DNA of 64,000 nt from Chloroflexota bacterium. Lineage in GTDB: Bacteria; Chloroflexota; Dehalococcoidia; Lucifugimonadales; JADFKI01. Location: positions 1-64,000 of the forward strand of contig JAQBUT010000008.1 in assembly GCA_027623195.1 (NCBI GenBank). Direction: 5' to 3'. How positions within the stretch are numbered: position 1 is the stretch's first letter; each line of letters begins with the position of its first letter. Under the pieces are notes generated by a model. The model saw nothing but the letters and a program-made list of their open reading frames with translations, was not told the DNA's origin and ran no database searches. Shown one piece after another: positions 19,053 to 29,573 of the stretch. A program made the translations under genes and the position numbers.

Positions 19053-19174
19053 GCCTTCGGTCTTATTGAAGCCATCCGCAATTCGGATGCAAGGTCAGGC
19101 ATGCAGCAGGCCCAGAATTCCGATCAACAAGTTCGAAACGAAACAGATTAGTATCCCTAGCACCGGAGGATAAG

Positions 19175-19966
19175 ATGTTGCCCAGTGAATACAGTGTAGA
19201 AGGCAAGACCGTAATCGTAACGGGAGCCGCCAGGGGCATAGGCAAGGGCATAGCCCGCGTACTGGCCGAGGCGGGCGCCAAGGTCATGGTCACGTCGCTG
19301 ACCGACCGCTACCTGACTCCCCTGGCAGAGGAGATGGCGTCGGAAGGCCACCCCATCGAGACGCTGACGGCTGACGCCACAAGTTCGGACGACTGGGCGC
19401 GAACGATGGAGTATGCGCTGGACAGGTGGGGCCACGTAGACGTGCTGATCAACAACCTTGGTGACGCCATTCGCCGGACCCTGGTGCCGTTGCCCGGCTC
19501 TCCAGGCGGGGAGCCTATCAGTGATGACGAGTGGCGGTCCGTGTTGGATATCAACCTGACCGAAGCCTTCAAGGGCTGTCGCGCCGTGGGAAGTCACTTT
19601 CTTGAGCGTCGGCAAGGCAAAGTAATCAACATCAGCGCCTTCGCGGCCAGAAAGGGCAGTCCCGAGATGCTGGTTTACTCCGTCGCTAAGGCCGGTCTGG
19701 CCCGCATGACTCAGACGCTGGCGCTGGAGTGGGCGCCTTACGGCGTCAACGTGAATTGCATCGCACCGGGGTTCTTTCCCGATGAGGTCACCAGCGGGCC
19801 GGAGGGTGTCGCGGCGGCCCAGGAGCGCGCGAAAAGGCTGGTTCCATTAGGCCGCGTTGGCGAGTTGCGGGAGGTTGGTCTGCTGGCACTATACCTGGCC
19901 TCCGACGCATCCAACTACATGACGGGTGAAACGCTGTACCTGGACGGCGGCTATAGCCATGCGTAG
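19175..19966 (+). CDS. SDR-family oxidoreductase
   Basis: TGAARGIG, YSVAK, VNCIAPG. Confidence 0.93.
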   Translation: MLPSEYSVEGKTVIVTGAARGIGKGIARVLAEAGAKVMVTSLTDRYLTPLAEEMASEGHPIETLTADATSSDDWARTMEYALDRWGHVDVLINNLGDAIRRTLVPLPGSPGGEPISDDEWRSVLDINLTEAFKGCRAVGSHFLERRQGKVINISAFAARKGSPEMLVYSVAKAGLARMTQTLALEWAPYGVNVNCIAPGFFPDEVTSGPEGVAAAQERAKRLVPLGRVGELREVGLLALYLASDASNYMTGETLYLDGGYSHA

Positions 19967-20128
19967 CAAGCTATTAGCCGTAAGCTGTCAGGTAAAAGAG
20001 GTTGCATCGCCGGTCGTTGACCTAAAATCGTGTTTTCCGGCATGTCCATAATCTCAAGCTAGCTTGAAGATGAAATTTTCTTCGGCGTTTCGTAATATGC
20101 GCTCAAATAAAATCGGAGGTAGCATGTC

Positions 20129-20930
20129 ATGACAAACGCGGGGAGTCAGGATCGATACACGATGGGCTTTGGCAAGGCCCACGACCTTATGAATACACGG
20201 ACCTCCGGGCAGCAGGCTGCTTTTTTCACACCTCATATCAGTTCGGGCATGCGTTTATTGGACTGCGGGTCCGGACCGGGCTCAATCACTCTGGGACTGG
20301 CGGAAATAGTTTCCCCGGGCGAGGTTATCGGAATCGACATAGAAGAGAGTCAGATTGAGCGGGCCACGAATCTTGCCAGAGAATCCGGCGCAACCAACGT
20401 CAGCTTCCAAAAAGAGTCTGTCTACGAACTACCCTTCCGGACGACTCGTTCGATGCCGTGTTCGCCAATGCTGTATTGGAGCATCTGGGCGAGCCATTAA
20501 AGGCGCTGTCGGAAATGAAACGAGTGGTGAAATCCGGAGGCGTGGTGGGGGTCAGAGACACCGATCAGGGCAGTCACGTATATCCAGAGTCACTCAAGGT
20601 ATATTTGGCGGCGATGCAACAAATGTGGAAGCACAACGACGGCAATCCCTTTATAGGCAGAGAACTGAGGCCACTCCTGGTTCAAGCCGGGTTTGTTTCC
20701 ACGCAGGGCTCCGCAACTGTCGACTGTTTCGGGACCGCAGAGGGCGTGAAGTTCTACGCCGAGACGAATCAGTCCATGATCAGGGGTAGCTACGGAAGCA
20801 CTATGGTAGAACGGGGCATCGCGACACGGACTGAATTGGAATCGTTCGATGATGCGTTCGAGCAATGGAAAAAACGGCCCGACGCCTTTGCTGGAATCTG
20901 CTACTGTGAAGCTTTGGGCTGGAAGGCGTG
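20129..20930 (+). pseudogene. Class I SAM-dependent methyltransferase split by a 1-nt frameshift near 20437 (pseudogene or sequence error)
   Basis: LLDCGSGPG in the first ORF; restoring one base in CCCTTCCGGACGAC gives LPFxDDSFDAVFANAVLEHL, joining both ORFs. Confidence 0.8.
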
Positions 20931-20980
20931 ACGAGCCAATAGCAGTCCGCTTTCGGCAGCAGGGATTAGGCGCGTTGGGC

Positions 20981-21250
20981 CTACTCTCGGAATGGCTGGA
21001 CTTCCTCTTCAACGACTAGCCCCTGAGTACCCTCGAAAAGGTCCCACGGAGTGAAGGACTCTACGAACTCCTTGGCCTGCTCCAAAGTGGGTATTCCTTT
21101 TACCGCGCGGCCAGGGTCGTAGCCAAAGGTTTTGGCAAAGGCGTCATAGACGTCCTTGTTCAGGCGCACGCCGCCTATCTCTTGCTCCGCGCCTTCTTCG
21201 CCCATCACCAGGCGCTGGCCCCGTCGCACTTCTCTCCAGTAAAGCTTCAT
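20981..21250 (-). CDS. Hypothetical protein (89 aa)
   Basis: ATG with GGGAG RBS; protein-like composition; follows the FAH gene. Confidence 0.65.
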   Translation of the reverse strand: MKLYWREVRRGQRLVMGEEGAEQEIGGVRLNKDVYDAFAKTFGYDPGRAVKGIPTLEQAKEFVESFTPWDLFEGTQGLVVEEEVQPFRE

Positions 21251-21322
21251 ACTAAGTCTCCCACGTTCGATTCATTCTAGATGCCACTATCTCGACTGGT
21301 TGATGGCCTGTTTCCAGCGAAC

Positions 21323-22225
21323 TCAGACGACCATGACCTCGTTCTCCAGAACCCCTATGCCTTCTATCGTTATGACCACCTGGTCTCCCTCCTGCAGGGT
21401 GAACTCGGGCGGCGGCACGATGGCTGTCCCCGTGAGAACGGTAGTCATATTAGGCATATAGTTGTGGCGCTGTATCCAGTCCGCCAGCTCGTCGCATGTG
21501 CGGGCCATTTCCGATGTTGAAGTCTCGCCACTGAAAACATCTTCGCCGTTGCGGACGATGACGCAACTTACACTCAGGTCATGCGGGTTTCCGATAGACT
21601 CTGCCGTCACGAAACAGGGGCCTATGGCGCAGCAGCGATCGAATACTTTGGCCTGTGGCAAGTAGAGCGGGTTCTCTCCTTCGATGGTCCTGCTGCTCAT
21701 GTCGTTTCCAATGGTATAGCCAATTATTTCGCCCTTGTAGAGCACGAAGGCTAGCTCAGGCTCTGGTACGTCCCAGGCGGAGTCTTCGCGAATGCCGACG
21801 AACTCGAAGGGGCCTACGCATCGGGCTGGCGTCGCTTTGAAGAAGAACTCGGGCCTGTCGGCGGCGTAAACCTTGGAGTATACGTCCGGTGTTTCGCTCT
21901 CCCTGCGACGCTCCATCTCGCTGGTCTTGTAGGTAACCCCGGCGGCCCAGACCTCCGGCGGATCGAATGGACGGTCCAGCTGGTAGCCGGATTCGCTAGA
22001 CGTATCCAGTACGTCCTCCAGATATATTATGTCCGGTTGGCCGGACTGCATCAGCTTCTCGGTTATCTCGTCTATGGTGGAGCCGGATATGGACGCGGCT
22101 GAAGCCAAGTCCTCCAGGTCTGTCAGGTCCTCATCCAGGGAGGTAAGGTCGGTCAGCACGCCCTCTTGGGTCTCTACAGCTAACCTGGTGCCGTCTTCGG
22201 CGGATATCAAACGGTAATATTTCAT
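21323..22225 (-). CDS. Fumarylacetoacetate hydrolase family protein (2-keto-3-deoxy-pentonate dehydratase-like)
   Basis: EVWAAGVTY, RPEFFFK, VPEPEL, GNDMSSRTIEGENPLYLPQAK. Confidence 0.88.
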   Translation of the reverse strand: MKYYRLISAEDGTRLAVETQEGVLTDLTSLDEDLTDLEDLASAASISGSTIDEITEKLMQSGQPDIIYLEDVLDTSSESGYQLDRPFDPPEVWAAGVTYKTSEMERRRESETPDVYSKVYAADRPEFFFKATPARCVGPFEFVGIREDSAWDVPEPELAFVLYKGEIIGYTIGNDMSSRTIEGENPLYLPQAKVFDRCCAIGPCFVTAESIGNPHDLSVSCVIVRNGEDVFSGETSTSEMARTCDELADWIQRHNYMPNMTTVLTGTAIVPPPEFTLQEGDQVVITIEGIGVLENEVMVV

Positions 22226-22407
22226 GCCTTCTCCACCATTGTGAATTATCTATCAAAGGGCCATACTATTCTTATCCCTCTGGTAGGTCGGAAGTAGACT
22301 AGGATTACATTGGCTACATCAAAAGTTAGGGCAGTTGACTCTCCGCAGTCAAGTTAGATGGCGACTTCACAGAAGAGATCATAATGACCTCATGTAAAAT
22401 CAGCCAT

Positions 22408-24267
22408 ATGCCTCGCATGTCGGTCTTGCTATTGCTGGCCCTGGTTTTCGCCGTACTAACGGCATGCCAGGCCACGCAATCGCCGGATATACAGGCCACA
22501 GTGGCTTCAGCAGTTCAAACCGCCCTGCCCGACCAGGCTCCTACCGCTACCCTCGATATACAGGCCACAATCGCTGCAGGTGTGGAGGCGACTGTTCAGG
22601 CGTTACCCACGGTAACTGCCAGTAATGTCCGAGATGTCACGCCAACGCCTACTCGAACTCAAACGCCAACCGTGACCCCAATCTTAACGCCGACGCCTAG
22701 CCCAGAGGCCACATCAACGCCGTTACCTGTGGACACAGCGACCCCGCTAGCCACCGCGACGCCGACTCTGTCCCAGCTAGTCGAGAAAATCGAGCCATCT
22801 GTTGTGCAGATAATTACCTCTACGGGCAAAGGGTCGGGGTTCGTTGTCGGCGCTGACGGCTGGATTGTCACGAATGCCCATGTAGTCAACGGTTTTACCC
22901 ATGTGTTTGTCACTGGGAAAGGGCGCTCCGAGACCACTGGCACGGTAGTGGGACTGGACGAGGAGCTGGACCTGGCAGTGATTCAAGTGGACGATGATAA
23001 CCTCAAGCCTCTGACCTTCGCGGATTCAGACGGAGTGTCGGTGGGGGACGATGTCGCGGCAGTCGGATTTCCCCTGGGTACAATATTGGGAACCTCCGCC
23101 AGCGTTACGAAGGGGGTAGTGTCGGCCAAACGCCAGTCCAACGGCGTGAACTACTTGCAGACTGACGCCGCTATCAACCCGGGCAATAGTGGAGGGCCGC
23201 TAATTGACGACCAGGGCCGGGTCGTTGGCATCAATACCTCTAGAGTGGAGCGGGTCTTCGGCAACTCGGTGCAAGGCATCGGCCTGGCGATCACCTCCGA
23301 CCACATTAGCAATGCGTTGCCATCACTAATGTCAGGGGAGCTAGCCCCCGATTACTCCGCAACGTTGGGCGCCGCATCCGAATTGACCGGTGGAGATTAC
23401 GTCAACGAAAAGCACTGGTATAGCCTGCAGGTGCCTGATGGCTGGCGGCTTAACGACGACAACCCGGACCAGGTATTCATGACGTCGGGGACGGACGGGG
23501 GTATTGTATGGATTTCCGTAGAAAGAATTGATCCTGACAGCTTCTACTCTCTGGACATGTATTTGCGATCAGGCTTCAAACCTGCGCCAGACCCTCGCTG
23601 GACCAGCTGGACTATATTGTCGGAGCGGCGAATCCGCACCGCCGTTGGTCAACCTCAGTGGGAAGCGCAGGAGTTTGATTACACTTTTACGGACGAGAAG
23701 GGCGCTGAAGGAAGGGGGCGATTGCTATGGCTGCTGCAAGGTAGCCAATTTTTCTCACTGGATGCCCTATCCAGCGCTGATATCTGGAATGGCAATCCCG
23801 CTGTTCGGACCGACATGCTTGGCGTGCAGTCCTCTTTCGACCCATGGACCTACTTCGATAATGATTTGGGCTATTCGTTGGCCCATCCCGTGAATTGGGC
23901 CAGGGTGCATGGGACGTTCTCTGATTACATGACGGCCGATTCCGGAACGTCAGCAGTCCTGTGGACAGACGTGGTTTCAGATGATGGGCACACCAGTGCC
24001 GGGAGCTACGGGGCAGAGGCAAAAATAAGAGACTCTTCGTTCAGCATAATCAAGAGACAAGTGGTCTTTACAAAAAGGGAATCGCCTGCATACCGCATAG
24101 ATTACTTCGGCACAACGCCTGAGGGAGTGGTCTTACGGGGAGCGCTGCTGATCAGCCTCGGTGGGGGAAATGCCTTATGGACCATTATTCAGGCTGAAGC
24201 CGAAGACTGGAAAGAGATATATCCTTACGTTGAGGATGTTTTCCTGCGGGTGTCGGTTCGGCCTTAG
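22408..24267 (+). CDS. Lipoprotein trypsin-like (S1C) serine protease with P/T-rich linker and C-terminal domains
   Basis: Lipobox LTAC; TNAHV, DLAVI, TDAAINPGNSGGP catalytic triad; start uncertain (22384 or 22408). Confidence 0.88.
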   Translation: MPRMSVLLLLALVFAVLTACQATQSPDIQATVASAVQTALPDQAPTATLDIQATIAAGVEATVQALPTVTASNVRDVTPTPTRTQTPTVTPILTPTPSPEATSTPLPVDTATPLATATPTLSQLVEKIEPSVVQIITSTGKGSGFVVGADGWIVTNAHVVNGFTHVFVTGKGRSETTGTVVGLDEELDLAVIQVDDDNLKPLTFADSDGVSVGDDVAAVGFPLGTILGTSASVTKGVVSAKRQSNGVNYLQTDAAINPGNSGGPLIDDQGRVVGINTSRVERVFGNSVQGIGLAITSDHISNALPSLMSGELAPDYSATLGAASELTGGDYVNEKHWYSLQVPDGWRLNDDNPDQVFMTSGTDGGIVWISVERIDPDSFYSLDMYLRSGFKPAPDPRWTSWTILSERRIRTAVGQPQWEAQEFDYTFTDEKGAEGRGRLLWLLQGSQFFSLDALSSADIWNGNPAVRTDMLGVQSSFDPWTYFDNDLGYSLAHPVNWARVHGTFSDYMTADSGTSAVLWTDVVSDDGHTSAGSYGAEAKIRDSSFSIIKRQVVFTKRESPAYRIDYFGTTPEGVVLRGALLISLGGGNALWTIIQAEAEDWKEIYPYVEDVFLRVSVRP

Positions 24268-24277
24268 CGGTTAGGCG

Positions 24278-25204
24278 TCACGCCAGGGGATCGTACCCGG
24301 AGGCCTCGAATATGGTGGACGCGGGTATGCCTATCATCCCTGCCACCGAGGCATCGCCGTTCACTTCCATATATCGCCGAACAATGTGGTGGCCTATTGT
24401 GTACCCCGTCCAGGTGGGTATCCTGTCATTGTCACCAAAAAGCATCCTGCGGATTTCCGACGGGTCCGACACCGATAGACGCCTGAGAACCTTCGGCCAG
24501 ATGCGCCGCTCAACGTCGGGCGATAGAGCTTCGGTCCAAGGCGGGTCAGCATGCTCCACGATTCCCAAGGCGAATGTGTCTGCCAATCCTTCGACGATCA
24601 TGGCATCCAGCAAGGTCTCGGGTTCCTGAGTACGCATGTAGACGAGGCGTCCGCCCGCCAAGCCTCTGGGAAAGAGGTGGTTACGCACCAGGTGGGCGTA
24701 CTCGTGGGTCATCGTGTAGCCAAGCCAGCGCTGCCAGTTTTCGGTTGGCCAAACGAAAGTCAGGACCACCTGAGCACCCAGGCTGAACCCCAGAACGCCT
24801 TTCATCTGCTGCACCAGCACCGTGCTTTCGCTGTCTCCTGGCAAAATCACCACGCGGGCGTTGATATCCGGCCTGGGAAGGTGCGTAGCTGCTATGCGAA
24901 GGGCTTCTTCGGCGATCTCTTTGGCGCTGCCCGCCTCCATCTCGGATAGGGCCTGCACGAGTTTGCCGGGGTCTGGATCACCCAAATGTGTGATCGCCGA
25001 ACGTTCCCCTAGCTCAGCGAAGGACGGATGCAAATTGGACAGCAGGTTCCTGACGTATGGTCTGAGTTCCTGCTCAATAGCGTCGCCTGCTTCCGAGGGT
25101 GAAAGGTGCATTGCCTGTCGGGCGAACTTGGCCACGACCCGGTGTGCCGGCACTACTGATATGCCCACGCTAAACGGCCCCTGTTCCGTGCGATCGCTTC
25201 GCAC
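24278..25204 (-). CDS. DUF2268-type putative Zn-dependent protease
   Basis: HEYAH, EGLAD, P.WTGY.IG motifs; start uncertain. Confidence 0.78.
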   Translation of the reverse strand: MRSDRTEQGPFSVGISVVPAHRVVAKFARQAMHLSPSEAGDAIEQELRPYVRNLLSNLHPSFAELGERSAITHLGDPDPGKLVQALSEMEAGSAKEIAEEALRIAATHLPRPDINARVVILPGDSESTVLVQQMKGVLGFSLGAQVVLTFVWPTENWQRWLGYTMTHEYAHLVRNHLFPRGLAGGRLVYMRTQEPETLLDAMIVEGLADTFALGIVEHADPPWTEALSPDVERRIWPKVLRRLSVSDPSEIRRMLFGDNDRIPTWTGYTIGHHIVRRYMEVNGDASVAGMIGIPASTIFEASGYDPLA

Positions 25205-25336
25205 TTGAGGTAGGAGGGAAACAGTAAGCTACCGCCGGACCGATAAGAACGTCGATTTTGCCAGTCTGAAACGCCATGAAGAGTCATCCACCGGTTGAGC
25301 AATCTTAATTAAATCGAAAAATGGGGCAAAAAAACA

Positions 25337-25365
25337 TTGACAGCCCCCTTGTATTCAGTTAGGAT
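25337..25365 (+). promoter_or_regulatory. Sigma70-type promoter of rpoBC
   Basis: TTGACA-17 nt-TAGGAT. Confidence 0.75.
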
Positions 25366-25527
25366 TAGATATTGGTCGAGCTATGTCTCTTTTTGCCACG
25401 AGGTATCTTTCACCACATAAAAGCCGTCAACCAGTTCCTAATGGTGCTGCGTTTCTTTTTACCTCTTTTACGCCTCAGCGTCAATAACGCCGTAATAATC
25501 TAACACGTGCGAGGAGTGTAACAGCTT

Positions 25528-28500
25528 ATGGCATCTGCTAAGCAGGTCGTCAAGTTTCCCGCTATCAGGACTTTGGTTCCGAGAAGGCAATCCTATGCCA
25601 AGCTACCCAGCATTCTAGATGTGCCAAATCTCATTCAAGTCCAGCTGGACTCATTTAACTGGTTCAAGACGGAAGGTCTCAGGGAGTTATTCGACGAGAT
25701 TTCTCCGATAGAAGACTTCGCGGGTGGGCGCTTCGAGCTAACGTTCGAAAACCACTATTTCGAGCAGCCCAAGTACACGGAGCAGGAGTGCCGAGAAAAA
25801 GAGGTAACATTTTCGGCTCCTTTGCACGTAACAGTAAAGTTGAAGATTAACGCGGCCGGACCTGGCCAGGGCGAGGTCAAGGAGCAGACGTTGTTCATCG
25901 GTGACATACCGATGATGACGATCAACGGCACTTTCGTCATTAACGGCGCCGAACGAGTGGTGGTCAGCCAGCTCGTCCGCTCGCCGGGTGTATATTTCAC
26001 TGTCGATTCCGACGCCAACACGGGTCGTCGATTGTCCTCCGCCAAGTTGATTCCTTATCGCGGCGCATGGATGGAATTCGAAACCAGCAACAGAGACGTG
26101 CTTTCTGTAAAAGTTGACCGTAAGAGGAAGACTCCTGTAAGCACCCTGCTGCGCAGCATTGGCTTCGCGACCGACGAAGAGCTTCTTGGTCTGTTTGCCG
26201 ATGTGGATACGAATCCAGACCATCAGTACATGAAGACAACCATAGAAAAGGACAGCGCTGTAACCAACGAAGAGGACGCGCTTCTCGAATTCTACCGCAG
26301 GCTACGACCAGGCGAGCCTCCCAGTGTGGACAACGCCAAGAACCTGCTGGACAACCTGTTTTTCAACGAACGCCGATACGACTTGGGTCGTGTTGGTCGT
26401 TACAAGCTGAACAGGCGGTTGGACCGTGATACTCCTGCCACGACGCGGATACTGGAGGCAGAGGACCTGGTCACCTTGATGAAGGTGATGATTCAGATCA
26501 ACAACGGCGACGCCCACGCCGACGACATTGACCACCTGGCCAACAGGCGGGTCCGGGCCGTAGGCGAGCTTATCCAAAATCAGGTAAGGGTAGGCCTTCT
26601 GCGTATGGAGCGCGTCATCAAGGAGCGCATGACTACGCAGATGGACCCTGCGACCACTACCCCTGCAGCGCTGATAAACATTCGGCCTGTCGTGGCCGCC
26701 GTTCGGGAGTTCTTCGGCGGGTCGCAGCTATCGCAGTTCATGGACCAGACGAATCCGCTAGCGGAGCTGACCCACAAGCGCAGGCTGTCCGCACTGGGGC
26801 CTGGCGGCCTCTCGCGAGAGCGGGCTGGCTTCGATGTGCGCGACGTTCATCACTCGCATTACGGACGCATATGTCCTATTGAGACACCTGAGGGGCCGAA
26901 CATTGGTTTGCTGGGCTCCCTGGCGACTTACGCCCGCACCAACGAGTACGGCTTTATCGAAACTCCGTATCGTAAGGTTTTCAAGGAGATAGAAAGCGAT
27001 AGCTCAAGGCTTGAAGGCCGAACTCTTACTCAGGATATTCTCGATGAAACGGGGAAAACGATCCTGAAGAATGGCAGCACCATCTCCCGTAGGTACGTCA
27101 ATCGGGTGATGAAGTTGCCGAAGCAGACGCTGACGGTGAAGCCTTATGTTTCGCCGGATCCTGCTGATATTGAGTATCTTTCCGCTGATGCTGAGGAGAA
27201 GGTGCACATCGCTCAGGCAAACTCACCCGTTCAGGCGGGCGGTGAATTTCTTGGGGAAAGGGTAGAGACCCGCAAGGGCGATCTCGTAGGCGTGGAGTTC
27301 ACCGACAACGTCGAATACATGGACGTTTCGCCTATGCAGCTTGTCAGCGTGTCTACTTCTCTGATTCCGTTCCTGGAGCACGACGACGCCAACCGTGCGC
27401 TAATGGGCTCCAACATGCAGAGGCAGGCGGTACCTCTCCTAAAGCCCCAGCCACCTCTGGTGGGTACGGGCATGGAGGGCCGAGTCGCAAGGGACAGTGG
27501 CCAGGTGGTTATCAGCCGTACGGCTGGTGTTGTCACCGAGTCCACTAGTGAGGAAATTGTAGTCACGGACGCGGAAGGCGAGTCCATAACATACAAGCTG
27601 CTCAAATTCCTTCGCAGCAACCAGGGCACCTGCATAAACCAGCGATCCATCGTGCGCAGGGGCGACGTGGTGAAGGGCGGAGACGTCCTGGCCGATAGCT
27701 CTTCCACTGGGCAGGGTGAACTGGCACTGGGCCAGAACGTGCTGGTGGCCTTCATGAGTTGGGAGGGGTATAACTTTGAGGATGCCATTATCCTCAGCGA
27801 AAAGCTAGTTAAAGATGACCGCTTCACCTCAATCCACATTGAGAGGCACGAGGTTGAGGCCAGGGACACCAAGTTGGGTCCCGAAGAGATAACACGAGAT
27901 ATACCTAACGTGGGTGAGGACAGCCTTCGAGACCTGGACGAGGATGGCATCATTCGCGTAGGAGCGGAGATCGGCCCCGGAGACATCCTGGTGGGTAAGA
28001 TTACTCCTAAGGGTGAGACGGAGTTGAGCGCTGAAGAGAAGCTTCTGCGAGCCATATTTGGTGAGAAGGCCAGGGACGTCAAGGACACCTCTCTGCGCGT
28101 TCCCCACGGAGAGCGGGGCAGGATCATCGGCGTAAAGGTACTAACCAGGGCTAATAAGGCCGAGCTTCCTCCTGGCGTAAACAAGATGGTCCGGCTTTGG
28201 ATTGCTCAGACTCGCAAGATCACTGAGGGCGACAAGATGGCTGGACGCCACGGCAACAAGGGCGTCATCGCCAAGATCATGCCTGAAGAAGATATGCCGT
28301 TTCTGCCCGACGGTACGCCAGTAGATATCATCCTAAATCCAATTGGAGTGCCATCTCGCATGAACCTGGGTCAGGTGCTGGAAACCCATCTCGGATGGGC
28401 CGCCCATAACATGGGCTTCCGGGCCGTCACGCCAGTTTTCGACGGGGCTCCGGACGTGGCTATCGAGGATGCCTTGGCGCAGGCTTGGATTGTGGAAAAA

Positions 28501-29346
28501 TCGGGCGCAATCGACCCAAGGTCTGCAGCGGGAGTCAAAGAGATTAATATAAGGGTCGTGCGGGAGTGGCTTGCTGATCGCGGCCGAAGCTTCAGTTCGA
28601 TCTTTACCAAGCCTGTGGCAGGTGAGGCCACCAAGGCCTGCCATGCCATCTGGTTAAAAGAAGATATGGGGCGAGACACCTCAGGCATGACCGTGGCGGA
28701 AATCAGGGAAGAGGTGTTGCGACTTAATAGGGAGCAGCAGATTTCAGCGCCCACGACAGGTAAGTCGATACTCTACGACGGTCGTACTGGAGAGGCTTAT
28801 GACCAGCCGATCGCTGTAGGAATGATCTACATGCTGAAGCTCATTCACCTGGTGGAGGATAAGATTCACGCGCGGTCCACCGGCCCGTACTCCCTGATCA
28901 CGCAGCAGCCGCTGGGTGGTAAGGCGCAGTTTGGTGGTCAGCGCTTCGGTGAAATGGAGGTATGGGCGCTTGAGGCTTACAGCGCTGCATACAACTTGCA
29001 GGAGATGCTGACTGTGAAGTCCGACGACGTGGTCGGCAGAGTAAAGACTTACGAGGCCATAGTGAAGGGCGAGGACGTAATTCAGCCGGGCATACCGGAG
29101 TCCTTCCATGTGCTGCTGAAGGAATTGCAGAGCCTGGGCCTTTCCGTGGAGCTACTCCACGAGGAGGCCCAGCACCTAGACCTGGATGAAATTGATGAGG
29201 ATGTTTACCAGAATGGCGAAACCATGCTGGAGGCCGTTCCGTCGCTAGATTTCGTGGAGGATACATTCCCGCCAGTAGTGGCGCCTGTCGACGTGATACC
29301 CACTTCGCAAAGTGTTATTGCCGACGATGTATCTGAGGACGAATAA
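25528..29346 (+). CDS. rpoB: RNA polymerase beta subunit
   Basis: [49 protein letters not shown]. Confidence 0.99.
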   Translation: MASAKQVVKFPAIRTLVPRRQSYAKLPSILDVPNLIQVQLDSFNWFKTEGLRELFDEISPIEDFAGGRFELTFENHYFEQPKYTEQECREKEVTFSAPLHVTVKLKINAAGPGQGEVKEQTLFIGDIPMMTINGTFVINGAERVVVSQLVRSPGVYFTVDSDANTGRRLSSAKLIPYRGAWMEFETSNRDVLSVKVDRKRKTPVSTLLRSIGFATDEELLGLFADVDTNPDHQYMKTTIEKDSAVTNEEDALLEFYRRLRPGEPPSVDNAKNLLDNLFFNERRYDLGRVGRYKLNRRLDRDTPATTRILEAEDLVTLMKVMIQINNGDAHADDIDHLANRRVRAVGELIQNQVRVGLLRMERVIKERMTTQMDPATTTPAALINIRPVVAAVREFFGGSQLSQFMDQTNPLAELTHKRRLSALGPGGLSRERAGFDVRDVHHSHYGRICPIETPEGPNIGLLGSLATYARTNEYGFIETPYRKVFKEIESDSSRLEGRTLTQDILDETGKTILKNGSTISRRYVNRVMKLPKQTLTVKPYVSPDPADIEYLSADAEEKVHIAQANSPVQAGGEFLGERVETRKGDLVGVEFTDNVEYMDVSPMQLVSVSTSLIPFLEHDDANRALMGSNMQRQAVPLLKPQPPLVGTGMEGRVARDSGQVVISRTAGVVTESTSEEIVVTDAEGESITYKLLKFLRSNQGTCINQRSIVRRGDVVKGGDVLADSSSTGQGELALGQNVLVAFMSWEGYNFEDAIILSEKLVKDDRFTSIHIERHEVEARDTKLGPEEITRDIPNVGEDSLRDLDEDGIIRVGAEIGPGDILVGKITPKGETELSAEEKLLRAIFGEKARDVKDTSLRVPHGERGRIIGVKVLTRANKAELPPGVNKMVRLWIAQTRKITEGDKMAGRHGNKGVIAKIMPEEDMPFLPDGTPVDIILNPIGVPSRMNLGQVLETHLGWAAHNMGFRAVTPVFDGAPDVAIEDALAQAWIVEKSGAIDPRSAAGVKEINIRVVREWLADRGRSFSSIFTKPVAGEATKACHAIWLKEDMGRDTSGMTVAEIREEVLRLNREQQISAPTTGKSILYDGRTGEAYDQPIAVGMIYMLKLIHLVEDKIHARSTGPYSLITQQPLGGKAQFGGQRFGEMEVWALEAYSAAYNLQEMLTVKSDDVVGRVKTYEAIVKGEDVIQPGIPESFHVLLKELQSLGLSVELLHEEAQHLDLDEIDEDVYQNGETMLEAVPSLDFVEDTFPPVVAPVDVIPTSQSVIADDVSEDE

Positions 29347-29573
29347 ATTAGCGACGAGGATGACATTGATGAATCTGATGATGCAGAAGAGGAGGAGGTT
29401 GCATCTGAAGAAGCCGAAGAAATTGTGACAGGGGATGACGACTAGTTATTCGGATTTTCTTGGATAGGTTGGAATCAGCGTCGCTCACCTAATCTGGCGT
29501 TGGGACCAGTAAAAGAATTCGGACGACCACTTAGGATTTGCAGGAAGAATAATAACTCTACGGAGTGTGAAAC

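Noticed and set aside
27231..28184. Long antisense ORFs inside rpoB (and similar ones in rpoC, grdC, the sigma and ABC genes)
   Set aside because: Expected shadows of GC-rich codon usage, with no recognisable motifs.
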